NCBI RefSeq assembly: GCF_009914755.1
Contig: NC_060943.1
Length of the DNA: 64,000 nucleotides
From: the human T2T-CHM13v2.0 reference genome, Homo sapiens
Strand: one strand, 5' to 3'
Shown: piece by piece, positions 1-60,152 of the stretch
Position numbering within the stretch: the stretch's first letter is position 1
Layout of the letters: the number at the start of each line of letters is the position of its first letter
The notes under the pieces: model-generated
Databases searched by the model: none
Told to the model about the DNA's origin: nothing
Seen by the model: the letters and a program-made list of their open reading frames with translations, nothing else
Made by a program: the position numbers and the translations under genes

Positions 1-34
1 AAAGAGGGAAGAGATGGGGTCACGAGCCCCTCTT

Positions 35-2125
<2,091 letters not shown>

Positions 2126-2414
2126 GGAGCTTCGGAGTTAGGAGTTAGCTCCTCTTAGGTTTCAAGGAGGAGGGGCAAATGAGATGGGTCTTGAGGGATG
2201 AATAGGAGTTTGCCAATTACAGAAAGAAGAGAAAGGCATTTCAGCCACAGGGAACAAATGTGCAGAGGCCTCAGAGCTGTCCCGGAGTATGGTGTGCATG
2301 AGACCAGCCCATGGAAACCCTGAATGACAGAAGAAGGAGCTCACAGCTGCCCCCAAAGCAGTGAGAGGCAGGATCTGGGGTCACGGTGCCTGAAGATTCA
2401 CTCTCTTTGCCCAG

Positions 2415-2553
2415 CCCTGAGGAGCCCCCAGCTCTGTCCAGCCTGTTCACCATGTCCTTCAGCTTAGACTCCACCTTCAATGGGGATCTCTCCATGCCCA
2501 GCTCCTCCTACATCAACCTCCACTCTGTCCTCCTGGCCAGTAGCTCCCCCATG
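2415..2553 (+). pseudogene. Inverted, degenerate copy of TLE2 exon 13 (pseudo-exon) in intron 17; homology with flanking introns spans about 2250-2720
   Basis: CCAG|CCCTGAGGAGCCCC...CTCCCCCATG|GTTAGTC versus exon 13 TCAG|CCCTGAGGAGCCCC...CTCCCCCGTG|GTGAGTC. Translation LSSLFTMSFSLDSTFNGDLSMPSSSYINLH versus [31 protein letters not shown]. Carries a frameshift and deletions. Confidence 0.9.
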
Positions 2554-2860
2554 GTTAGTCCTCAGTTGGGAAGTGTGTGTCCCGCGCTCTCGGCGGCGTC
2601 CAGAGATTAAAGGCTAGAAGAACCACCCAGCTACACGAGGAAAGGCACATATAAGGGTATGGCTGGACAAAAGCAGGTGGGGAAGATGATCTGGGGGTCT
2701 CAGTAGCCCCACAGCTTCCTATGAATCAGCTCTTTTGTGTTCCCCTACATCTTTAGAGAGTTACAGGGGAAGCCTGTGGATGTGTCTGGGGGACAAGAAA
2801 GATGGACACCACAGCAGATGGGAGTCCTGTCCTGTCCTGCCTCTGGAAGTGGGCACCTCA

Positions 2861-26393
<23,533 letters not shown>

Positions 26394-27294
26394 CCTGCCG
26401 ATCCGAAAAGCCCCCCAGGCGCCACCAGAGCTTGATGATATGGAGGCGGCAAGAGTGGGGGAGGCTGAAGTGGGGTGGTGGGGAGGCTGCCCGAAGAAAG
26501 AGGGAGGAGGGAGAAGCGGCGCGGGGCAAGGGACCCTGGAGTCCCTGGCGCGCCCCCAAGCGCGCGCGCCCGGGGTCGTGGGAGCCCCTCCCCGGGTTGG
26601 GGTGCGCGGGGCGAGCGGGGCGGGCAGGGGCAGCGGCCGGGGCGGGAGCGCGGCGAGGGCGGCCGCGGCAGCCGGCGCAGAAGGTCGGGCGCGCCGCGGC
26701 CGGGTTTCGGTGGCGGCGGCGCGGGCGGCGGGCCCCGCGCGGAGCCGCCTCCCTCCGGCGGGGCTCGGCCGGGAGCCGCGGGCTGAGCCGCCTTAAGGTG
26801 GCGCCGCCGCCCCCACGCGCCCGCGGCCCGCCCCGCGCCCACCCCCGCGCACCGCCCCTCCCCGCGCCCGCGCCCCCCCCGGCCCCCGGGCACCCGCCCC
26901 CTTCCTTCAGTCCCTGGGCCGTTGGGGAAACTGAGGCCGGGTGGGGAGGCGCCCAGTGCCTTAAAACAGGGTCCCCACCCCCTCCCGGAGGGGCGGGAGA
27001 AGAAAAACCAGTGAAGAAATTCACACCGTGTTACCCACCGTGGGAGCGGGGAGGGGGGGGGGCTTGCGGGGAGCGGGGACCAGTCTGGAGTCGGAAATGG
27101 CTTTTCTGAGCAAGTGACATTGGGTTGAGATTGAAGGGTCAGCAGGACGCAGCCTTGCCAAGCGCTGGCAGGGAACCCTGCCAGAAAGGGAATCTCACAG
27201 CAAACACTGCTTCCCAGATCATGCCGGGCCCTCGCCCTCTGGGGGCCTCAGTAGTCTCTGCAAAAGGTCAGGGGTGGTGCGCTATCTTTAGGGT

Positions 27295-31340
<4,046 letters not shown>

Positions 31341-32759
31341 CAAACGTAGGTCTCTGTCCTTCCTTAGCCCGGTCACTTGAATGTCAACTTGACTCACACC
31401 TCTGGCTTCCAGGGCTCTGAGACACCGCCTCTCCCTCCAGGCTTCAGTGACCGCCTCGTGAGGATGGCTGCAAGCTCTGGCACCACCTCCGGTTCCTACT
31501 CTGAGACCCAGCCCTGTGGGTCCAGCCACCAACTGGGCATCTCCCCTAGAGGTCCCCCAGATCTCAGACTCTTACCCCCTGCTCCTATCAGGGTTCCCAC
31601 ACACATCCCCCAGATACTCTAAACCAGAGCATCACCCTAGCCCTCTATTCCCAACACCTGGCCTGCAACCCTCCTCCGTTCTCCCCACCCCAGCAGCCCC
31701 CACCCTGACCAGGCCTTTGTCCTCTCTCCCATCTGGACCACAGCCACCTCCTCCCTCTGAGCAGCCTTTGTTTTTGGTGATCTTCAATTGGAGCCTGGCC
31801 CTCCTTCCCTCAAACCCTCCCCTGGCTCCCTATTGCCCTAGGGATAAATTTCCAGCTCTTCACCCTAGCACTGGAACCTCTGCAACCCTGCCCCAGCCAG
31901 CTTCACCTTCCTCCACCAGATCACACCACACCCCCAACCCCCTCCAGCCACCCTGGCCAGATCACCTAATTTGTGTCCTTTCTTTCCCACCTCTGAGCCT
32001 TTCCCTGCTTGTTATCTCTTCCTGGAATTCCCTCCCCCTCCTTTTATGCCTGGAGAAAGTCCATTTTTTTCAAGGCCCAACGCAAAAACTGTCTCCTGCA
32101 AAAGCCATCTCCCCCAGCCTCCTGTCTTCTTCGCCTCCTGTCTTCTCCATACGCGCGTACACACACACACACACATACACACACTGGATATAAACTGCTT
32201 GGTGTTGGTGGATAAATGGATGTTTAGTCTACGAACACCTCCACATGCTGCAAGAGGCTGGATTCCTAGAGAAGATCCAGCCCTAGGCCTTCCAGGGAGG
32301 GGCTCCCAGAGCATCTGGTGGGGACAGAGGTACAGGGACACGTACCCTCCCAGGGTCACATAGGGTCAGTGTCAGCACAGGAGCGAGCTAAGGATGAAGG
32401 CAGAGCCGGGCGAGGAACAGGGGCATTGCCCGGTGAGTGAGCTGAGGCTCCCTAGAGCAGGGGATCTTTACCCAGCAGTCTTCAGATCCCTCTAACAGGC
32501 ACACTGCACCGGGGAGGGTAAATACAGATTTGTGGATTGCCCGAGAAGCCACAAGACCACACACGCACACAGGAACACACCCCATCCCTTAGTGTGTGAT
32601 CCGCCAGGAAGGAGGAGTTTTTGCTCTGGGCAGCAACATCCCCAACTTTGGGAGCAGCGGGTGGAATTTGGGGAGACTCTGCTGCCAGCAACTGTGTGCA
32701 TACTGGGGAACCCTTGGCCGCCTGTGACTCCATAACTCCCCAAAATACCACATCCGGCC

Positions 32760-34100
32760 AGAGCAGGAAGCAGGGAAGCAACCTGCCAGGCGTGTTCCAA
32801 CGTGGGTAGAGTCCCCAGCGACTTCATTTGCCACGCGGGACTTCACGGACCCCCTCTTTGCGCCTCAGTTTCCCCAGCTGCACCATCAGGGAAGAAGCTG
32901 CCAGAGGGGAAAAGGAGCTCAGCCGCCGATCTCCCCCTTCCCATTACAGAGAGGCTCAGCCCCTGGTTCCTGGCTAGGGTTTTACGTTGTGGATGTGGGT
33001 TTACGGAAAAAAAAAAAGGGAAAAAGCTGAGAAGCTGCGCTGGGACCCCGGATTGCTCAGACCACCTTAAATCAGCCTGGCCGCCCCAGCTACTGTGGAA
33101 ATTCCTTTCTCCGCGGTGGTTGGCTGGGGGCGCCAGCCAATCCGCTCGCGACGCTCCCACATGGGTCAGTGACGTCACATAGGAAACTGGCCAATGGGGA
33201 TTAGGAGACCAGCAACCAATGGCAGGAGGCACTGGGATCAGTAGGGCCAATCGGAAGGCAGCTCGGCGCTCCCGGCGGGGTTTGGCGAGTGTGGCCCCCC
33301 TCCCTAGGAGAATCTGAGACCCTAGTGGACGCCCGAGCTCGACCGGATTGGAGGAGGGGGGGCTAAGGCTCCATTATTATCCAGAAACGGGAAAGCGAGT
33401 CACCCCCAAGCCTGGCCTATCTCCCCTTCAAAACAAGGGACCCTCGTGCAATATGCTACCAGCTAGCTGGCGGAGCAGAGGTTGCATCTTTCTCCCTATT
33501 TCACAGATAGGTAAACTGAAGCAAAGAGTAGTTAAGTCACGCTGGACGCCCGGCGAAGAGCTGAAGCTCTTACCCGAGCCTGGGGGCTCCAGGAACGGTC
33601 TCAGTTTTACCCCCAGGTGGGGGGGATGGGCCTATAGGTAGTCAGGGGTGGAGGGGGGTGGTGCTGGGCCTTGTGCCTCAGTTTCCCCGAGCGTGGAAGC
33701 TGGAGGAGAGCACGGGTTTTCAGAAAAAGACTACGATTCCCAGAAGCTCCCGCGCGGCTCCCGCCCAGGCTGTCAATCAAAGTAACGTGGGTACCTCTCC
33801 GGCCCGCGCTCTCCCGCCCGCCGCCTCCCTCCCGCCAGCTCCCGCTCCCTCCCTGCCGGCTCCCGGCCCGGCGCGGTATAATTACAGCCCATTGATCCGA
33901 CCCGGGCCGGGAAAGCGGCTCCCTCGGGGAGGCCAAGCCTTTGGCTTCCGACACCGCCAACCTCTGCCTACCGCCCCCTCCAGCCGAGCTGCCGGGCCAC
34001 CAGCCAGGCCTGTCCCCTCCCGCTGGCCCCGGGCTCGCGGGTGACCTCTGAGCCTCAGCTCCCCGCCACGCTTGGCGGTGTGCCCCCCGGAAAAATCACA
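32760..34100. promoter_or_regulatory. CpG-rich promoter/enhancer about 6.5 kb upstream of TLE2 exon 1
   Basis: Four CCAAT boxes, a palindromic CRE (GTGACGTCAC, 33169-33178), ETS CGGAAG, and a PBX/MEIS-TCF composite at 33770-33782. Confidence 0.7.
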
Positions 34101-34474
34101 CACACATTTCCTTCCACCCAGGAACATGAGGAGCCATCTCCCTAGAACCTCCAGGGCCTCTCTTTGAGCCTCAGTTTACCCAGATGCACAGTGAGATTGC
34201 TGGACAAAACTCATTCATGAAACCCATACTCCGTGCTGTTCTGCCTGGGAGCAGCCAGGGCTGACCTTGGTGGAAACTCAAGGAGGGGCTCCCAAGTTTG
34301 GGAGGAGGGGGAGACAGCCCAGCTCTCTCAGAACCCCTGTGGTCGGGGTTGGGGTTAGGGAGGATCAGAGCTGGGGGTGGGAGTGGGGGCAGGCTCAGCC
34401 AGGATTTAGCGCCCCCATTGGGAAGTTGGGATAGCTTTCTAGATGTTGGGTGGTAGTATTTAATAGATGTTGGG

Positions 34475-38838
<4,364 letters not shown>

Positions 38839-39399
38839 TGATATACACACCATGGCCCTCCGAATTATGGGCTGAGAGCTTGCCCTGTGATGGGTACAGT
38901 GCCGCCTCCAGGCTTCGCCACCGGGATTCCCTCTGCCTGGAGCACCCGCCCCTCCCTGAGAGCCACCTCCCAACATGGGCTCTTGCTGTCAAACCCTCCT
39001 CGGCTCAAATGTCACCTCCTCAGAGAGGCCTCCCCTCCTCTCCTGGGCCAAGCAGCCCCGTCTCTCTCTGTCACCAACCCTTGCTAGATTTTTCTTCCTA
39101 CCACTTGGTGTTCTCTGCAATGGTCTTGACCTATTTTCCAAACCTTCCCCATGACTCTGTGAGCTCCACGAGGGTCGAGAGGCGCTCCGTCTGGGTCCGT
39201 GATACCCAAGCCTGGCACACAGTAGGCGCCCAATAAATACAGGAATGAAAGGCCCGCTGCTGCCCCAGGTTGGTTTTTCTTCCCCACCAATCCAGTTGCT
39301 GGGAATTGAGGCTTTGGGGGCAGCCAGGCCCAGAGAGGCCTAGGGACCTGCCCACGGTCACACAGCCACGCGCTCCAGCTGGGAGCTCTGTGGCTGCCT

Positions 39400-40000
39400 T
39401 TGCGGGGGGCCCGAGTCCCAGGGTTGGGCAGGCCTAGGGCAGGGTCGCCCGCCCCCTCCTCCCGCGGTGCTGCGGGGGAACCCACCATTAGCCACGCGGG
39501 CCCGGCCCAGCGTGTTCCCCGACAGGCCCGGGCAGGCCCAGCAGGGGAGTGAGGGGATTGCGGGGAGTAGGGGGAGCGCAGGGAGCGTGGGGACCGCCCC
39601 TCCCCGGGACCCGAGAAGGGGGTGTAGGAGGGAAGAGGAGGGGGAGGAGGAGAGAATGGAGGAGGAAACGGAGGGACAAAGGGGGAGGCGGCAAAGGGGA
39701 GGGGAGGGGAGAGGAGGGGAGAGGAGGAGGCCCCCGGGTGGAGGGGACCCTGTGGAGGGGCAGGGAGGAAGGGGGGGCGGTGAGGTGCGGGGGAGGGGCA
39801 GAGGGGCGGAGGTGGCGGGAGAGGGAGGGGGCGGAGGAGGGACGGGCTTTCAGGCCTGGCAGGCTCCCAGCAACTGCGGGAGGGGTAAGGGGGCCCTGGG
39901 AGGACGGTGGGCCTGGGTGGGTGGGAGAGGTTTGCAGGGGGAGGTCAGCGGCTGGGGGCGGGAGCGGGGACGGGGATGGTAGGGAGGGAGGCGCCAACGA
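39400..40000. promoter_or_regulatory. G-rich, CpG-containing purine tract (G-quadruplex/H-DNA prone); candidate regulatory element
   Basis: Near-continuous G/A runs on the + strand with many GGG tracts and GC boxes. Confidence 0.5.
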
Positions 40001-40454
40001 AGAGATCCAGGGAAGGTTAGGGGACCCAAGCTGGAGACTTTGAAGGACAGAGGGAGAAGCCCAGAGATGGCAGAAAGAGGGAGACGAGACCATCAGAGAC
40101 CCCCGAGACAGAGGGGGCGAGGCGAGGGAGATTGTTGGATAATCTGTTTCAAACCTGAGTTCTATTTGCTTCATATTAGGGGTTTGTCCCTTCTCCCCAA
40201 GTCCCCAGAGATCCTACGTAGAAGCTGTTCTCATTAAGCACCAAACAGTTAAGTCCATTCTCCAGTACTAGCTCGGAAGTCGGTTTCATATTCGACTTAA
40301 CAATTTAAATGAAAGGAAATTTTTTTTAACGGCAGTGGGGACTTGGAGAAGGAGGGGGACAAAGACAGACATTACCCAGGAGAGAAAGTTAGAGGGGAAT
40401 CCTAGGCCCTCAGAGGGGAAACCAGGCAGGGGCGGTTTCAGCTCCCTTCTCTAG

Positions 40455-43320
<2,866 letters not shown>

Positions 43321-44379
43321 ATCAAATGGTTAAGATCCTGAATTTCCTGCATTTGAATCCAGATTCCCTGGCTCTGTGACCACTTAGAGCCTCAGTTTCC
43401 TTATCTGTAAAACAGACCCTCCTTCAGAGAGAATCCTTTGAGAGATCCAATTTTCACTGTACCACTCAAGCACTGCTGGAGGCGTGATAGATGTTCAGGA
43501 CAACACAGCCGGTATTACTGTTGTTATCTTTATGATATCTTTGCCTTCCTAATTAGTCTGGTTGCCCCTAGGGGGGCAAAGAGGTCCCTGAGCAGCCAGC
43601 AGGAGACTCAGCTACAGCCCTGACTTATTCCTGCCCTTGAGCAATGTTCTGATGTCCGTGGGCCTCAGTTTTCCCATCTGCACCATGGGAAGAGAGCGGG
43701 ATCATTTCTAGCTCCCTAATTCCACCAGCACTGCAGGTGCAGCTTTTATTTTCTCCCCCAAGACTGCCTGAAGGGCACACAGAGGGACGGAGAAGGCTCA
43801 GCTGCAGACAATTCAGCCAGCGCAGGCACCTGGCCGGCCTGACTGTGAATGTCTAATGCGTCCTAGCTTTAGCTCCTATTCCCCGCTCCTTTTCCTCCAC
43901 CCCTCCCCGCCCCCAACCGGGCTGGGGATGGGGAAGGGGGATTCTGTAAGTGCTCCCACCCTCTGCTGGAGGCCAGAGCCTGGCCCTTTGGGGTGCAGAT
44001 GGGGGGAAATGGAGGATTTCAGACCCCGGAGTCCCCAGTCCCCTGACAGACACCCCCCCACCCCCCACCCCACCTCCGCTAGAGTCCTGCCACCGGGGCC
44101 TGTGGGATTCTCCTCCCTCCACTGAGAACCATTGTGTGGATGGGGGCAATCGAGGCCCAGCGGGCAGGGGATCTCCTCACCTGCTGGAACGTCCCTCAGA
44201 ATGGGGGAGGGAGGCTGGGAGAATGGTGGGGTCGGAGAAGGGGAGAGCCTTGGAGAAGGGGCTTCCAGAGGAAACAGGGTGTTAGAGCGGGAGAGGTAAC
44301 CAGAAAGGAATATGGGCCCACCCCAGTCCTCTCTGCTCCCCTCTGGTCCCATCCAAGGAGCTGGGAGCATCGCTGTGCC

Positions 44380-45020
44380 TCCCCCTCCTCCCTCTCCTCC
44401 TCCCCCTCCTCTGCCTCCCCCTCCTCCTCCCTTCCCTCCCTCCTTCTCCCCCACCTTCCTATTCTTCCCTCCCTTCCTGCTATTTTCTCTCCCTCCTCCC
44501 TCCCCTCAGTTTTCTCCCCACGCCCCTCCCTCTCCCTCCCCTCCCTCCCCCTCCCTCCACTTCCCTCCTCTCTCTCCTCCCCTCCTCCTTCCCCTCTCCC
44601 CCTCCTCTCCCTACCCCCGCCTCCCCGCTGTTCTCTCCCCTCCCCTCCCCCTGCCCTCCCCCGTCCTCCGCCTCATTAGGCGCGGCCGCGGCGCGGGGCC
44701 CATTAGCCGATCAATTAGCCGAGGTCGCCCGCGGCGCAGTCGTTAAGCGCGGGGCGGCCGCGGCGGGGAGGGGGCTCGGAGCCCGCGCCTCCGCCCGCCC
44801 GCCCCGGCTTCCCGGACCCGAGCACGCCCCCCCAGGACGCCTCCTGCCACCCGCCCCCCAGCGGGCCCCGGGACCCTCCCCAAACCCTGCGGGGGCCTGG
44901 GAGACCCCCGGATCGCAGGCCAGGCCGTGGCTGAGTAGGCAGGACCCCTTCTTCCGAGAAGACCCCTTGTGGGGGTGTCGGGCTTGTGACCCCCCCCCCC
45001 CCAGGCATCCTTCTGCTGCC
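44380..45020 (-). promoter_or_regulatory. Distal CpG island with a long polypyrimidine/polypurine tract; candidate distal TLE2 promoter
   Basis: C/T-only tract 44380-44670; CpG island 44670-44960 with three TAAT cores; strong minus-strand donor CAG|GTGAGG at 44180; lies just upstream of the Alu exon. Confidence 0.6.
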
Positions 45021-45429
45021 AGCAACATCAATATCAGTAATACTTATTATTGTTATTATTATTATTACTAGCTGACACTCTTGAGCCCTTGCAGAAGTTC
45101 TAATTCTCAGTACAATTTTCCAGAAATTGAGATCAGAGCGTGACTTCACTTGCCCCGAATCACCCCTAAGGGTCGGAGATGAGGAGCCCCAAGTAAATAT
45201 GTTGGCATTCCTGCAGTTCTTTCTATGTGTAGATTTCACACACAAAAACGCAACCCACACTCCCCGTTCCCCGTTCTCCTCCGCCTAGTCTTTCTCTATC
45301 GACACACCCGCTGACACGCCGTATATTTTACTTGTTTATCTGTTCACCCCAGCCAGGAGGGCGGGGCTTTCTGTCTTGTTCCCTGCTGGGCCTCTGGGAC
45401 TCAGGGTAGAGTCTCCACAGACGAATGAA

Positions 45430-50260
<4,831 letters not shown>

Positions 50261-50377
50261 CACAGCTAGGAACTCCTGATGTTCTAGGAGGATGTCTCAC
50301 ATTGGAAGGAACCCCGTCCTCCCCCGGGGGCAGCCACAACACAGAGGCAGGGACACAGCACCGAAGCTTCTCACATC

Positions 50378-50383
50378 TTTATT
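50378..50383 (-). terminator. TLE5: TLE5 distal polyadenylation signal AATAAA
   Basis: TTTATT on the + strand, about 0.9 kb past the stop, followed on the minus strand by GT/T-rich sequence (GGTGCTGTGTCC...CTGTGTTGTGG). Confidence 0.8.
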
Positions 50384-50626
50384 GGAAAGGCACAGCTAAG
50401 CCCACCCTTGATACAGCATTTTCCACTTCTCTCTGTAGAGATCAGACGATTGAACACGAGATAAGCTGACTATATACAGACACAGGTGTGGGTGTTGCTT
50501 TTTTTTAAAAACACTTTTGTCTTTTTTTTTTTTTAATATCCCCTTTCTTAAAAGACAAGCTAGTATACTGGAAAAAGAAAAAAATAATAATAAAATAAAA
50601 ACCAAGACAACTTTAGTACCCTCATC

Positions 50627-50632
50627 TTTATT
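50627..50632 (-). terminator. TLE5: TLE5 proximal candidate polyadenylation signal AATAAA
   Basis: TTTATT on the + strand, followed on the minus strand by GTTGTCTTGGTTTTTATTTT (GU/U-rich downstream element). Confidence 0.6.
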
Positions 50633-51271
50633 TGGGAAGGGGAGGGGGAATCCTGGGTCGCCCACCCTCACCCTGCTCCTCCCAGCTCAGCTAAGCTCGT
50701 CCCTCGTGCCCCCCCTTTTGTGGGCGATGGGAGAGGACCAGGTGGGCGTGGAGGTGTCTGGAACTAGCAGAGGTGGTGAGGGGGGCAGGTGGAGGTGGGA
50801 GCATACCTGGGACCCGGGGTCGGGGGAGACTCGGGGTGCCCAGGACGGGAAAGGGGCAGCTAGCATTGCGTGCATGCAGTACCAGGGTGAGAGGGCTGTG
50901 GCCCAGGCAGACTGTCGGTTACACATGTTCAAAACGGGGGAAGGGCCGGGGCTGCTGCGCTTCGCGAGGTCTTGCTCCCTTGGGACCTGGTCTCCCATCT
51001 GACCCTCCAGGCCTTAGCTTGCCTCACACGTCAGGGCAGGTATCCACCTAACCAGGCTGCAGGGGAGGAGGAGGGAAGCCGGGAATGGGGTAGGAAGAAA
51101 GCTAGAGGTGGCCTGCAAGCTGGGCTGGGGCCCCCGCCGGCGGCCACCATAAATACTATGGGAGTTTAGCCAATCCCGAGCTCCGCTGTGTCTTGTGCTA
51201 AACATTCCTTTCTCTCCGTGCCTCTGTCTCCCCTCTGTCCCCCCTCCCAACCTCCCCGTCCCGGCCCCCTG

Positions 51272-59653
<8,382 letters not shown>

Positions 59654-60152
59654 GTCAATCGCGGCGGGGGGCGCGGGCTGCGCCCCGGCTGTGCGCCCCG
59701 GCTCGGGCTGCTGGGGGCGCCGGGCGGCCGCGCCTTTGTCCCGGCGCCGATCGGCAGCTCCCGGGGCCGCCGCCGCCTCCCGCGCCCGGCCTCGCCCGCT
59801 TCCTGCGCCCCCTCCCCGCGCGCCCGGCCCCGGCGCGCCCCGGGCCCCGCTTCCTGCGCGCCCGGCGCCCCTCCCCGCCCCTCCCCGCCGCCCGCCTCCC
59901 CGCTCCCCGGCCCCACCGCTATTGTCTAATGGCGGCGACGCCGGCAGTGGCCGCGGCTCGGCTGCTGCGGAGGCTTCGGCTCCACCTGCCGCCGCCCGTG
60001 CCCCGTGCGCGCCGCCGAGGGGGGGGACGCGCGCGCCCGGGGAGGCCTGCGGATCCCCACGCCGGCCCGCCTCCCCGTGGCCCGCCCGCCGCGGTGACCT
60101 TGGGCCCGGCCCGCCCCCGCCCCGGGCAGCGGCCCCCGCCACCCTCTCCTAC

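Noticed and set aside
2175-2250. Extending the inverted duplication further left (match to about 7520-7570)
   Set aside because: The match is plausible, but this part is L2-like (GGATGAATAGGAGTTTGCCA), so the similarity may come from the repeat family; excluded from the core call.
2386-2610. 74-aa + strand ORF as an independent gene or processed pseudogene
   Set aside because: It starts at GTG, is frameshifted relative to exon 13 and carries intronic flanks, so it is a genomic duplication fragment rather than a retrocopy or gene.
33137-33165. ER-stress element (CCAAT-N9-CCACG)
   Set aside because: Spacing and sequence after the CCAAT boxes do not match.
40200-40335. Known small RNA gene (snoRNA, miRNA or tRNA) in the AT-rich island
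   Set aside because: No C/D or H/ACA box arrangement, no cloverleaf and no long pre-miRNA stem that I can recognise.
43561-43580. CTCF-like motif CCCCTAGGGGGGC
   Set aside because: It has an extra G relative to the core consensus and cannot be supported without data.
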